From: Malacoraja senta | Taxonomy: Eukaryota | Length of the DNA stretch: 64,000 bases | Assembly: GCA_038087875.1 (NCBI GenBank) | Contig: CM075991.1 | Coordinates: 8,744,001 to 8,808,000 of the forward strand | Reading direction: 5' to 3' | In this document: piece by piece, positions 24,769 through 38,350 of the stretch | Layout of the letters: each line of letters begins with the position of its first letter | How positions within the stretch are numbered: the stretch's first letter is position 1 | The notes under the pieces: generated by a model | Databases searched by the model: none | Seen by the model: only the letters and a program-made list of their open reading frames with translations | What the model was told of the DNA's origin: nothing | Position numbers and translations under genes: made by a program

Positions 24769-25785
24769 ATGAGATACTCCAGCACTTTGTGTTTTGCTAA
24801 TTTGTAAATGTCAATCGAGAAATGGGGAAAAAGGCAGCAACTCTACCGCTGCGCCATCGTGCCGCGCAAAGGGTGGAGATGATGGAACCTTTTGCCGTAA
24901 GTCTTTGATTTGATTTGATTTGATTTAATTTATTGTCATTGTCTTCAATGAAGAGACAACGAAAAAAACAGTCATACAAAAAAAACAACAAAAAACCCAC
25001 ACAAAACACAGAACATCCACAACACAAACATCCCCACAGCGGCACCAAAGTTCCCCACTGTGAGGGAAGGAACCAAAGTCCAGTCAACCTCCTCACTCAT
25101 GTTCCCCAATGTTCACCCGTGGTCGGGGCCTCCCGAGCCCCCCGCAGTCACCACTACGGGCGGCCCGATCCTCAGGCCCTCCGAGACTTATGTAAAGTAA
25201 AGCAGGTGAGCGTGTTGTACTTGGGGGCACTTTAGTGCCGACATTTGGCAGGCCGCCGCTCTTATCTGGAGAGTCCTTCTGTTCTCCATATCTCTCAAAG
25301 ACCACAGCTTCCCTGAACCGTGTTCTGTCCGCCAAGTTCTGATTCCAACAGCGAACTCCAAGTCCAGCTGACTGTGCTGAGCAAGCCTCAGGTAAGCTCA
25401 TTTCGCTGAGCCTGCAGTGTGGCAAATGCCATTAACCCATTAAAGAGGTCGGCGGACACAAAAAGCTGGAGTGACTCAGCGGGTCGGGCAGCATCTCATG
25501 AGAAAAGGAACAGATGATGTTTTGGATCGAGGCATTAAAGTAGCTAATCTGTGGAACGCATTGCCACAGAGGGCTGTGGAAGCCAAATCAGTGGATATTT
25601 TTTAAGGGAGAGACAGACAAATTCTTGATTTGAACGGGTGTCAAGGGTTATGGGGAGAAGGCAGGAAAATGGGATTAGGAAGCAGAGATCAGCCATGATT
25701 GAATGGCGGAATAGACTCAATGGGCCGAATGGCCTAACTTATGAACTTGTGAAGTCGTCAATGTAATTAATACAATGCAGAATTT

Positions 25786-26045
25786 ACTCCAGCATTTTGT
25801 GTCTATCCTTGGTGTAAACCAGCATCTGCAGTTCCTTGATAGACATAAAATGCCAGAGTAACTCAGCAGGACAGGCAGCATCTCTGGAGAGAAGGAATGG
25901 GTGACGCTTCGGGTCGAGACCCTTCTTCAGTCCCAAAACGTCACCCATTCCTTCTCTCCAGAGACGCTGCCTGTCCCGCTGAGTTACTCCAGCGTTTTGT
26001 GTCTATCTTCAATTTAAACCAGCATCTGCAGTTCCTTCCTGCACA
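25786..26045. mobile_element. Penelope-derived multi-inverted cluster (P2)
   Basis: Plus, minus and plus segments of the same ~135-nt unit. Confidence 0.75.
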
Positions 26046-26904
26046 TGTAATGATGTATTATTAAGGTCATTTCGGATTCACAGTCAGAGCACCCTTGTAG
26101 TTCAATTAGCGTCCAGCGACAGGTAGCGATACCTCAACACCAGGCCTGGTTCGCCCGCTGCTGAACCAGTAACCCACTTGGAGTCGTCCGAGGCTCGTCT
26201 CCTGCACGACCCTAAAGACCGTGAACTGGAGAGGTGGGTGGTGGGATTCAGCGACGGCGGCAGGCACTGGACAAAGGGGCAGTTTCAAGATGGCGGCAGA
26301 GGGAGGGGAGGATCGGTGCCGCCATGACAACGGGCCTTTTGGGCCAAGATTAGACCGCACTTTGTGGGCGTGACAAACATGGCCGCGCTTTATGTACTGT
26401 CTCGGTGAAGACTACTGTTACATTACAATCGTTGCTCTTTTCTACTCTTCTATGATTGTGCTTATCTACAGAATGATTTTACTGGATTGTAGCAAAACAA
26501 ATAATTTCAATGTACTGAGATACATAGGATAATAAAGTGTCATCATCACCACTGCGCATGCGGCCTAGACTGATTTTCTTGAGTGATAGGAGCAAAATTA
26601 GGCCATTCAGCCCATCGAGTCCCCTATGCCATTTAATCATGGCTGATCTATCTATCCCTCTCAACCCCATACTCCTGCCTTCTCCCTGTGACCTTTGATA
26701 CCATTAAGAATCTGTCAATTTCCACTTGAAAGTTACCCAATGACGGCCTCCACAGTGTTCTGTGGCAATGAATTCCACAGATTCTCACCTCCCTCTGACT
26801 AAAGAAATCCCTTCTCATCTCCTTTCCAAAGGTACGTCCTTTTATTCTGAGGCCGTGGCCTCTGGTCCTAATCTCTCCCACTGGCGGAAACATCCTCTCC
26901 ACAT

Positions 26905-27216
26905 ATCAGGTCAGGTCGGGGGAGGGGAGTTCCCCCCACCCCCCACAGGTACCATGTAATCCCGTGCTACCTGCTCCATGGTCGGATAGTCGGCGACTAA
27001 ACCGTCTCCCCCACCTGGTTTGCCCAGGTGAGGAGGGGGCTGTGGACCTGCAGCAGGACCAGAAACAAGACCCGTCAAAGGGCGGATGAGCTTCTAGCGA
27101 GCCAACGGCCATCCACACTTCAGTAGACGTTGCGATCACTGTCGTACATAGCATTGTAAGGCACTGTGCCCATTGATGTTTTCAACATTGATGACGATGT
27201 TGATGATGATGTTGAT
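26905..27216 (+). mobile_element. Short non-autonomous retroelement with (GAT)n tail, possibly RTE-related
   Basis: Interrupts a CR1 fragment with CCACAT duplicated. GC-rich body and a GATGATGAT tail. Confidence 0.55.
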
Positions 27217-27644
27217 CCACATCATAGTCTATCCAGGCCTTTCATTCTTCGGTGAGTTTCAATGAGGTCACAGCTCATCCTTCTCAACTCCAGTGAGTAC
27301 CAGCCCAGAACCACCAAATGCTTATCACCCATTATAATTTGAGAATGTAGGTTTGAATCCCACTAAGGAAGTTCGAGAGTTTAAATTTGAATAATGCACT
27401 GAAAAAAAAATCCATTAATATTGATCATAAGTTGCCCAAAAGTTCTGCGTTGAGAATAAGGGTAGAGAATCTCTTGTCCTTACTCAGTCTGGGGCTAAAT
27501 GTGACTTGAATGGTTCACGTTGTGTTGTCAGTGTTAGAAGACTTCGATGAGCTAATCCCTTAGAAATGCCAGCTTTAATTAACACTGAATCAAGAATTAT
27601 TCCCTGATGTTAATGATCCAGGGATGCAGAAGGCTGACATTTAT

Positions 27645-27940
27645 TACGATACAATAGAACTTTACTTATCCAGGAGGGAAATTGATCTGCCAACAGCCTT
27701 AAAAACACAAACTAAATGAAACATGCCATTAAAGTGATGAGTGGAAAGGATTGGGGATGTGCGAAGATTGGGGGGCGGGGGGGGGGGGGGGAAGGAGGGG
27801 AGTCAGTCTCAGTAGAAGGGGAAGGAGTTGAACAGTTTGATAGCCACAGGGATGAAGGATCTCCTGTGGCGTTCTGTCCCACATCTTGGTGGAACCAGTC
27901 TGTTGCTGAAGGTGCTCCTTGAGGTTGACCAGTGTGTCAT
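27645..27940 (-). mobile_element. Rex1/Babar LINE 3' end (host of the CR1; continues at 32092-32165)
   Basis: Encodes STFSNRLVPPRCGTERHRRSFIPVAIKLFN. The upstream part, ILDNTAHP, lies on the other side of the CR1. Confidence 0.8.
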
Positions 27941-28036
27941 AGAAACATAGAAACATAGAAAATAGGTGCAGGAGTAGGCCATTCGGCCCTTCAAGCCTGC
28001 ACTGCCATTCAATATGATCATGGCTGATCATCCAAC

Positions 28037-30840
28037 TCAGTATCCCGTACCTGCCTTCTCTCCATACCCCCTGATCCCTTTAGCCACAAGGGCCACATTT
28101 AACTCCCTCTTAAATATAGCCAATGAACTGGCCTCAACTACCTTCTGTGGCAGAGAGTTCCAGAGATTCACCACTCTCTGTGTGAAAAATGTTTTTCTCA
28201 TCTCGGTCCTAAAGGATTTCCCTTAATCCTTAAACTGTGACCCCTTGTCCTGGACTTCCCCAACATCGGGAACAATCTTCCTGCATCTAGCCTGTCCAAC
28301 CCCTTAAGAATTTTGTAAGTTTCTATAAGATCCCTCCTCAATCTTCTAAATTCTAGCGAGTTCAAGCCGAGTCTATCCAGTCTTTCTTCATATGAAAGTC
28401 CTGACATCCCAGGAATCAATCTGGTGAACCTTCTCTGTACTTCCTCTATGGCAAGAATGTCTTTCCTCAGATTTGGAGACCAAAACTGTACGCAATACTC
28501 CAGGTGTGGTCTCACCAAGACCCTGTACAACTGCAGTAGAACCTCCCTGCTCCTATACTCAAATCCTTTTGCTATGAATGCTAACATACCATTCGCTTTC
28601 TTCACTGCCTGCTGCACCTGCATGCCTACTTTCAATGACTGGTGTACCATGACACCCAGGTCTCGTTGCATCTCCCCATTTCCTAATCGGCCACCATTTA
28701 GATAATAGTCTACTTTCCTGTTTTTGCCACCAAAGTGGATAACCTCACATTTATCCACATTATACTGCATCTGCCAAACATTTGCCCACTCACCCGGCCT
28801 ATCCAAGTCACCTTGCAGCCTCCTAGCATCCTCCTCACAGCTAACACTGCCCCCCAGCTTCGTGTCATACGCAAACTTGGAGATGTTGCATTCAATTCCC
28901 TCGTCCAAATCATTAATATATATTGTAAATAGCTGGGGTCCCAGCACTGAGCCTTGCGGTACCCCACTAGTCACTGCCTGCCATTGTGAAAAGGACCCGT
29001 TTACTCCTACTCTTTGCTTCCTGTTTGCCAGCCAGTTCTCTATCCACATCAATACTGAACCCCCAATACCGTGTGCTTTAAGTTTGTATACTAATCTCTT
29101 ATGTGGGACCTTGTCAAAAGCCTTCTGAAAGTCCAGATATAACACATCCACTGGTTCTCCCTTATCCACTCTACTAGTTACATCCTCGAAAAATTCTATA
29201 AGATTCGTCAGACATGATTTACCTTTCGTAAATCCATGCTGACTTTGTCCAATGATTTCACTACTTTCCAAATGTTCTGCTATCCCATCTTTAATAACTG
29301 ACTCTAGCAGTTTCCCACTACCGATGTTAGACTAACTGGTCTGTAATTCCCCGTTTTCTCTCTCCCTCCCTTTTTAAAAAAGGGGGGTTACATTAGCTAC
29401 CCTCCAATCCTCAGGAACTACTCCAGAATCTAAGGAGTTTTGAAAAATTATCACTAATGCATCCACTATTTCTGGGACTACTTCCTTAAGTACTCTGGGA
29501 TGCAGCCTATCTGGCCCTGGGGATTTATCGGCCTTTAATCCATTCAATTTACCTAACACCACTTCCCGGCTAACCTGGATTTCACTCAGTTCCTCTATCT
29601 CATTTGACCGCGGTCCCCTCCTCTTTCCGGCAGATTATTTATGTCTTCCTTAGTGAAGACAGAACCAAAGTAGTTATTCAATTGGTCTGCCATGTCCTTG
29701 TTCCCCATGATCAATTCACCTGTTTCTGACTGCAAGGGACCTACATTTGTTTTAACTAATCTCTTTCTCTTCACATATCTATAAAAATGTTGCAGTCAGT
29801 TTTTATGTTCCCTGCCAGTTTTCTTTCATAATCTATTTTTCCTTTCCTAATTAAGACCTTTGTCCTCCTCTGCTGGACTCTGAATTTCTCCCAGTCCTCT
29901 GGTAGGCTGCTTTTTCTGGCTAATTTGTACGCTTCATCTTTTGTTTTGATACTATCCCTGATTTCCCTTGTTATCCACGGATGCACTACCTTCCCTGATT
30001 TATTCTTTTGCCAAACTGGGATGAACAATTTTTGTAGTTCATCCATGCAGTCTTTAAATGCCTTCCATTGCATATCCACCGTCAATCCTTTAAGACTCAA
30101 TTGCCAGTCAATCTTGGCCAATTCACGTTTCATACCCTCAAAGTTACCTTTCTTTAAGTTCAGATCCCTTGTTTCTGAATTAACAATGTCACTCTCCATC
30201 CTAATGAAGAACTCAACCATATTATGGTCACTCTTGCCCAAGGGGCCACGCACAACAAGACTGCTAACTAACCCTTCCTCATTACTCAATACCAGTCTAG
30301 AATAGCCTGCTCTCTCGTTGGTTCCTCTACATGTGTTTAGAAAACTATCCCGCATACATTCCAAGAAATCCTCTTCCTCAGCACCCCTGCCAATTTGATT
30401 CACCCAATCTATATGTTGATTGAAGTCACCCATTATAACTGTTTTACCTTTGTTGCACGGATTTCTAATTTCCTGTTTGATGCCATTGCGTTAATCTCCT
30501 CTCTAACCAGCAACGCTACCCCACCTCCTTTTCCTTTCTGTCTATCCCTCCTGAATATTGAATATCCCTGGATGTTCAGCTCCCAGCCTTGGTCACCCTG
30601 GAGCCATGTCTCCGTGATCCCAACTATATCATAATCATTAATAGCTATCTGCACATTCAACTCATCCACCTTATTACGAATGCTCCTTGCATTGAGACAC
30701 AAAGCCTTCAGGCTTGTTTTTACAACGCTCTTACCCCTTATACAATTATGTTGAAAAGTGGCCCTTTTTGATTTTTGCCCAGGATTTGTCTGCCTGCCAC
30801 GTTTACTTTTCACCTTGTTACCTATTGCTTCTACCCTCAT
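28037..30840 (-). pseudogene. CR1 ORF2 (APE endonuclease and reverse transcriptase), disrupted
   Basis: Motifs CLNARSIRNK, GITETWL, MGDFN, SDHN, YLDFQKAFDKVPH and GVPQGSVLGP. Catalytic FADD reads FAYD. Apparent deletion in the endonuclease near 30480, plus several frameshifts. Confidence 0.93.
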
Positions 30841-31018
30841 TTTACACCCCTCTGTCTCTCTGCTCACACATTTAAGAAACCCACCACCTCTTATTCTCTG
30901 TTTATAAGTTTTTTCTTCTTTCCCCCTACATGTTGGGTCTGAGTGCTTCCCTTCTCTGCCTCCTGCCTCACACACCGTCTACAAGCTTTCTCTATTTGAG
31001 TCCCTCCCCCCAACCGTT

Positions 31019-31955
31019 CTAGTTTAAAGTTTCCCCAGTAGCCTTTGCAAATCTCCCCGCCAGGATATTGGTTCCCCTCGGGTTCAAGTGCAACCCGTCC
31101 TTTTTGTACAGGTCACAGCTTCCCCAAAAGAAGTCCCAATGATCCAGAAATTTGAATCCCTGCCCACTGCACCAGTCCTTCAGCCACGCATTTATCCTCC
31201 ACCTCGCTCCATTCCTACTCTCACTGTCACGTGGCACAGGCAGTAATCCCGAGATTGTTACCTTTAGGGTCCTTCTCCTTAACTCTCCTCCTAACTCCCT
31301 AAATTCTCCTTTCAGGACCTCTTCCCTTTTTCTACCTATGTCAATTGGTACCTATATGTACCACGACCTCAGGCTCCTCTCCCTCCCATTTCAGGATATC
31401 TTGGCCATGTTCAGACACATCCCGGACCCTGGCACCAGGGAGGCAAACTACCATCCGGGTCTCCTGACTGCGTCCACAGAATCGCCTATCTGACCCCCTA
31501 ACTATAGAGTCCCCTATTACTACTGCCCTCCTCTTCTTTTCCTTACCCTTCTGAGCAACAGGGCCGGTCTCTGTACCAGAGGCCTGGCCGCTGTCGCTAC
31601 CCCCAGATAGGCTGTCCCCCCCAACAGTGCTCAAACAGGAGTACTTATTGTCAAGGTGTACAGCCACTGGGGTACTCTCTAGTCCCTGCCTCTGCCCCTT
31701 GCCCCTCCTAACCGTGACCCACTTGCCTGCCTCCTGTGGTCTTGGAGTGACCACCTCTCTATAACTCCTCTCTATGACTTCCTCGCTCTCCCTGACCAGA
31801 CGGAGGTCATCGAGCTGCTGCTCCAGGTTCCTAATACGGTCCCTTAGGAGCCCCATCTCAATGCACCTGGCGCAGATGTGGACATATGGAAGGCTACCAG
31901 ATTCCTTGACCTCCCACATCTGACATCCAGAACAGTAAACTGCCCTGGCCCTCAT
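31019..31955 (-). pseudogene. CR1 ORF1 (zinc finger, coiled coil, SGNH/GDSL esterase), frameshifted
   Basis: Motifs CSGCQMWE..HICARC, VVIGDSIVR, VVVHIGTN and DGLHLN. Split between ORFs 31341-32000 and 31019-31237. Confidence 0.9.
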
Positions 31956-32256
31956 ACTCCTCCTGTACCTAGGATACAAATACAATACAATACAATACAA
32001 TACAAATACAATACAATCTGCTGGAAGAAATCAGCAGGGATCTGACTCCCAATCAGCTGCTTCCTCTAGTCCGCTTCCACCATCAGCGGCTTCATGGAGG
32101 GGGGTGAGCTGTATTGTCCAGGATGCTCCACAGTTTGAGCCAAGACCACCTCCAAGACCCACCACGTCCAATTGTCCATCCCTAATTGCTCTTGAACTGA
32201 GAGGGCCAATTGAGAATTGACCACACTGGACGCACCTATGGATGGGACTGGGGGAG

Positions 32257-32540
32257 AGCGGCACAGCGACGGAGTTGCTGCCTCACAGCGCCAGAGACCC
32301 GAGTTCGATCCTGACCACGGGTGCCGTCTGTACGGAGTTTGTACGTTCCCCCCGTGACCTGCTTGCGTTTTCTCCTAGATCCTCGGTTTCCTCCCGCACT
32401 CCAAAGACGTGCAGGTTTGTAGGTTAATTGGCTGGGTACGATTGTAAATTGTCTCCGGTATGCGTAAGGTAATGTTAATGTGCGGGGATCGTTAGTCGGC
32501 GCTGTATCTCCAAACTAAACTAAACTGAACTAAATTAAAT
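32257..32540 (+). mobile_element. V-SINE
   Basis: Same family, (CTAAA)n tail. Confidence 0.8.
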
Positions 32541-32900
32541 CTTTGGGACGAGGGATGAAATTGGTGCAAGGGGAGATATTCCACGCGGTTGCAGGGAGAA
32601 CGTACAAATTCCACACAGACTGAAGCTGTAAGGCAGTGACTCCATTCCATTGATGTGACTGTAGGTCGGATTATGGAGTCACTGATACAAAGTAAACAGT
32701 GGCATCATCACCGAAGCAGCTAACAGGATTGGATGCCTGACTGTGTAGATAACCATCATCTGTGAAGATATTTGCAACCTGTTTGTGAGACTGTGACCTC
32801 AAATAACTGTGCTGTTAAAATTGTTTGCTCCTTCTCCTGATCATCCTCTCAAAATGATCAGGCGGCACGGTGGCGCAGCGGTAGAGTTGCTGCCCCTTTA

Positions 32901-33503
32901 AGGGCCTGCCCCACTTTCACGACCTAATTCACGACCTCTGCCGAGTTTGCCCTTGCCAGGAAGCGAGCGGGCAAGATCATCTCTGACCCCTCTCACCCTG
33001 GCCACAAACTCTTTGAATCACTTCCCTCTTGAAGGCGACTCCGGACTGTCAAAGCTGCCACAGCCAGACATAAAAACAGTATTTATCCACGAGTAGTTGC
33101 TCTACTCAACAGCCAAAAATCTGTAGCCTCCCTTTGATCTGGTATTTTGTTGGTTCACATGCTTGATCAATGGTGTTTTATCATTAATGTCATTAATATT
33201 AATGTGTAGTGTTTTCTGAGTCATTCGTAACTGTCACTGTGTGTCATGTTGTTACTTGTGGGCGGAGCACTAAGGCAAATTCCTTGTATGTGAATACTTG
33301 GCCAATAAACTTACTTACTTACCTACTTACTTACTCATACTCGCAGCATGGTCGTAGGAGGTCGTAGGTAAGTCGTAGTAGGTCGTGATGCTAGTCGTAG
33401 GTACTCGTGGCATCAAGTAGGTCGGGGCGTTTTTTCAACACGATGAAAAATGTCCACGAGTAGAAAAGGTCGTGAATTAGGTCGTGAAAGTGGGACAGGC
33501 CCT
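32901..33503. mobile_element. MITE family C (same termini), containing a Rex1 insertion
   Basis: TIR AGGGCCTG(C/T)CCCACTTTCACGACCTAATTCACGACC. Flanks TTA/TAA. Internal GTCGTAG repeats. Confidence 0.85.
32956..33332 (+). mobile_element. Rex1/Babar 3' end with (TTAC)n tail, nested in a MITE
   Basis: Encodes RKRAGKIISDPSHPGHKLFESLPS*RRLRTVKAATARHKNS. Confidence 0.8.
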
Positions 33504-34024
33504 TAACAAGGGCTTATAGCGCCGGAGACCCGGGTTCGATCCCGACTACGGGTGCTGTCTGTGTGGTGTTTGTACGTTCTCCCCGTGGCCGACGTGGGTT
33601 TTCGCCGGGATCTTCGGGTTTCCTCCCACACTCCAAAAACTTACAGGTTTGTAGGTTAATTGGCTTGGTTTGAATGTAAATTGTCCCTAGTGTGTGCGGA
33701 ATAGTGCGAGTGTACGGGGTGTTCCTTGGTCGGCGCGGTCTCGTTGGGTGTTTCTGCGCTGTATCTCTAAACTAAACTAGGGCGGCACGGTGGCGCAGCT
33801 GCCTTACAGCGCTTACAGCGCGGAGACCCGGGTTCGATCCCGTCTTCGGGTGCTTGTCGGTACGGAGTTTGTACGTTCTTCCCGCGACCTGCGTGGGTTT
33901 ATGCCGAGATGTGTAAATTGTCCCTAATGTGTGTAGTCGGAGGTACTTGTCTATGCCGACCAACATGCCTCATCTACACAGTCCTATCTGTCTGCATTTG
34001 GCCTGTGTACCCCTACATCTGTCC

Positions 34025-34343
34025 TAGTTTAGTTTAATTTAGTTTAGTTCAGAGATACAGCACAGATATAGGCTCTTAGGCCCTCTGAGTCCACGCCAAC
34101 CAGCGATCCCTGCACATTAACGCTATCTACACACACTAGTGACTATTTACAAATATACCAAGCCAATTTACCAACAAACTTGTACGTCTTTGGAGTGTGG
34201 GAGGAAACCGGAGATCCCGGAGAAAAAGCCACGTCGGTCACGGGGAGAACGCACAAACTCCGTACAGACAGCACCTGTAGTCAGGATCGAACCCGGGTCT
34301 CTGGCGTTGTAAGGCAGCAACTATACCACTGCGCCACAGTGCC
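34025..34343 (-). mobile_element. V-SINE
   Basis: Same family. Confidence 0.8.
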
Positions 34344-34732
34344 ATCCTGTACATATACCTATCTACATGTTTCTGAAACATTGCTATAATACTTGCCACA
34401 ACTACCACCTCCGGCAGCTTTTATAACACACCCACCACCTCCTGTGTGAAAAAGTTACCCCTTACGTCTCGATTAAATCTTTCTCGATCTTTGTTACTCC
34501 AGGAGTAATTAATCCTGGTTTCTCCAGGTTTATCTTGGGACTGAAATCTCGTGCCTTTCAAAGGAAACATGTTCTGCAATTTGCACCCTTGATGGGACTT
34601 TTACATCTTTTCTGAAGTGTGGCGATCTGAATTTAATGCATCTCTCCTGCTGCGGTATAAACTATGTTTTGCATGGGTCCGTTTTACAATCAGCTTTACA
34701 ATCTCTATTGGTTAAAATATCAAAGAAACACA

Positions 34733-35725
34733 GGGCGGCACGGTGGCGGCAGCGATAGAACTACTGCCTTACTGCCTGGATTTGAGTATAGGAGCAGGGA
34801 GGTTCTACTGCAGTTGTACAGGGTCTTGGTGAGACCACACCTGGAGTATTGCATACAGTTTTGGTCTCCTAATCTGAGGAAAGACATTATTGCCATAGAG
34901 GGAGTACAGAGAAGGTTCACCAGACTGATTCCTGGGATGTCAGGACTTTCATATGAAGAAAGACTGGATAGACTCGGCTTGTACTCGCTAGAATTTAGAA
35001 GATTGAGGGGGGATCTTATAGAAACGTACAAAATTCTTAAGGGGTTGGACAGGCTAGATGCAGGAAGATTGTTCCCGATGTTGGGGAAGTCCAGAACAAG
35101 GGGTCACAGTTTAAGGATAAGGGGGAAGTCTTTTAGGACCGAGATGTGAAAAACATTTTTCACACAGAGAGTGGTGAATCTGTGGAATTCTCTGCCATAG
35201 AAGGTAGTTGAGGCCAGTTCATTGGCTATATTTAAGAGGGAGTTAGATGTGGCCCTTGTGGATAAAGGGATCAGGGGGGTATGGAGAGAAGGCAGGTACA
35301 GGATACTGAGTTGGATGATCAGCCATGATCATATTGAATGGCGGTGCAGGCTCGAAGGGCCGAATGGCCTACTCCTGCACCTATTTTCTATGTTTCTATG
35401 TTTCTATGTTACAGCGCAAGGGACCCGGGTTCGATCCTGACTACGGGTGCTGTCTGTGCGGAGTTTCCATGTTCTCCCCGTGACCTGCGTGGGTTTTCTC
35501 CGAGATCTTCGGTTTCCTCCCACACTCCAAAGACGTACAGGTTTGTAGGTTAATTGTAGACTGATATAAATGTAGAATTGTCTCTAGTGTGTGGAGTGTG
35601 TGTAGTGTGTGTAGTGTGTGTAGTGTGTGTAGTTTGTGTAGTGTGTGTAGTGTTAATATATGGGGAATGCTGGTCGGCACAGACTCGGTGGGCTGAAGGG
35701 CCTGTTTCCATGCTGTATCTCTTAA
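34733..35725 (+). mobile_element. V-SINE split by a CR1 3' fragment (34777-35410)
   Basis: SINE head, then CR1 GFEYRSREVLLQLY.. with a (CTATGTTT)n tail, then the SINE body. A (GTAGTGTGT)n expansion sits at 35586-35652. Confidence 0.85.
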
Positions 35726-36245
35726 ACGAAAACAAAAAATGTTGGCGGATGCATTCAGAACATTTACACATTATTCCCGCATAATTTTTCAACAGACTAT
35801 AATTCCGAGTCTTAAGTAAAAGCCAGTGTGTTTGGTATCAGTTCTCCACATACTAAAGCACAACAGAAACAAATTCATTCTTTCCAAAATTAAGCAACAC
35901 CTCACTAGTTTCAGTCAAAAGAAGAAATCGAAAGTAACCTTGTGTGAGCTATCCTATTATTCATGTTTTGAAATGTTAAAAGACAAATTGAACCATAATC
36001 ATCAGAATGATACAATCAATTCGCAACAAGAAAGTTTCTCCGAATGTTTCTTTCAGCAAATCTCCGATAGATTTAGTTGTGCAGATCAGGGGGGTTCTGA
36101 ACAGAGGAACATACAGAGACTAGGTGAGGAGATGTAGGGGAAAGGAAAAGAGAGAGGGGAGATGGAGAGGGAAAGGAAGGCAAAAGGGAGGAGAGAGGGG
36201 AGTGGAGGGGTCAGGGGGATAAAGGGGCGTGGATGAGAGATGGAA

Positions 36246-36672
<427 letters not shown>

Positions 36673-36700
36673 GAGAAAGGGAGAAAGAGGGAAGAAGATA

Positions 36701-36955
36701 AATCGAAGGTACACAAAAATGCTGGAGAAACTCAGCGGGTGCAGCAGCATCTATGGAGCGAAGGAAATAGGTAACGTTTCGGGCCAAAACCCTTCTTCAG
36801 ACTGATAGGGGGTGGGGAGAAGAAAGGAAAAAGGAAAAAGGCGGAGGAGGAGCCCGAGGGCTGGGGGAGGGGAGGAGACAACCAGATGGCTGATGAAGGG
36901 GAGGGGACAGCAAGGGCTAGCAGAATTGGGAGAATTCAATGTTCAGGCCACCAGG
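36701..36955 (-). mobile_element. Penelope-like element 3' end (family P1): GIY-YIG C-terminus, UTR and hammerhead core
   Basis: Minus strand encodes PGGLNIEFSQFC*, then a pyrimidine-rich UTR, then CTGAAGAAGGGTTTTGGCCCGAAACGTT. Confidence 0.75.
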
Positions 36956-37231
36956 CCACCAAGATAAATGAATAACTTGTCAATCTCCGCTTTAATAATA
37001 CCTTGGCCTCCACTGCTCTCTGGGGTAATGAATTCTACAGACTCACCACCCTCTGCCTGAGGGACACCTCCTCATCTCCTATCTAAAGGAACATCCTTTT
37101 ATTCTGAGGCTGTACCCTCTGGTCCTGGACTCTCCCACTAGTGGAAGCATCCTCCCCGCATCCACTCTATCCAGGCATTTCATTGCTCGGTAAGTTTCAT
37201 TGAGATCCCCCCTCGCCCTTCCAAACACTAA

Positions 37232-37459
37232 AGGGCCTGTCCCACTTGGGCGTCATTTGCACGTCAGGCACATGGCGCGCGGAGATTTTGAACAAACATA
37301 CCAGAATCCTGGGGCACCGCGTGCGACCGCGTGTCACTGCCTACGTCACCACGCGCCATGCGAGCGTAATGCGTACCATGCGCACGGCACAACGCTAGCG
37401 TCATGCGTCGTGACGCGTAAATGATGACGAGCAAATGACGCCCAAGTGGGACAGGCCCT
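37232..37459. mobile_element. MITE family D (same termini)
   Basis: TIR AGGGCCTGTCCCACTTGGGCGTCATTTGC with TAA TSD. A partial copy lies at 4926-5094. Confidence 0.88.
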
Positions 37460-38054
37460 TAAAGTTCTAAACTTGATACAGGTTCAAGATCTACACGAGC
37501 TGAATGGAAATTAATAATAAGCAATTATTTCTCATCATTATCCTATGAAATATCTGTGCTTGGGATCAATTTCTATATTACCTATGATAATAGCTTGTCC
37601 AAATTGCCTAGTGTAAGTACCTTGCTATTAATTAGTTGTTGAAAGAAGGAGTTACTTTCCATCGGCATGTAAACACACACCAGTCTGGCCTTGGAGATCA
37701 CATTGCTAAATTCCTGCAGGAGTTCACTCTGAACTGCGTAAACCTTTGACTGACCAGGTAATTGCAGAATAAAAACAAATCAACTTTAGGTCCCTTTGCC
37801 AATGATGGTTTTGCATCATCTGTGGCTTCCCATTCACTGTATAAGAGGTCACCAAGGGTCAACTAGTTATAATGCCTTTAAGGTATTGTAAGATAATAAC
37901 CCGGGTGTTAGGAGTAATTAACCTGTTTATCGGGCAACTGTTAAAGATAAAAGAACCCTAGGCTGTAATAATGGCTCGTGATGAAGGGTCATTGAACTGA
38001 AACTCTGGATATATATTTGTTTCTCTTCATTAGTACTGCATGGACACCTTTGTT

Positions 38055-38350
38055 TTCGTTTGAGAGATGCAGCGCAGAAACAGGCCCTTCGGCCCTCTGA
38101 GACCCGACTGACCGGTCATCCCCGCACACTTACACTATCCTACACACACATTAGGGACAATTTACAATGATACCAAGCCAATTAACCTACAAACCTGTAC
38201 GTCTTTGTGAGTGTGGGAGGAAACCTGAGCACCCGGAGAAAACCCACGCAGGTCACGGGGAGAATGTACAAACGCCGTGCAGACAGCACCCGTAGTCAGG
38301 ATTGAACCCGGGTTGATGGTGCTGTGAGGCAGGAACTCTACCGCTGCGCC
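38055..38350 (-). mobile_element. V-SINE
   Basis: Same family. Confidence 0.8.

Larger units (their letters stand above)
27941..32091 (-). mobile_element. Full-length CR1-clade LINE, inactivated
   Basis: Has 5'UTR, ORF1, ORF2 and a (CTATGTTT)n tail. TCAT flanks it on both sides (27937-40, 32092-95). It splits a Rex1/Babar fragment whose frame continues across the insertion. Confidence 0.93.
32861..33930 (+). mobile_element. Tandem V-SINEs, the first split by MITE C
   Basis: Head at 32861-94, resuming at 33513-33779. The second copy starts at 33780. Confidence 0.8.

Noticed and set aside
28198..29271. Active or domesticated RT gene
   Set aside because: Catalytic FADD is mutated to FAYD and the flanks are frameshifted, so it is a decaying CR1.
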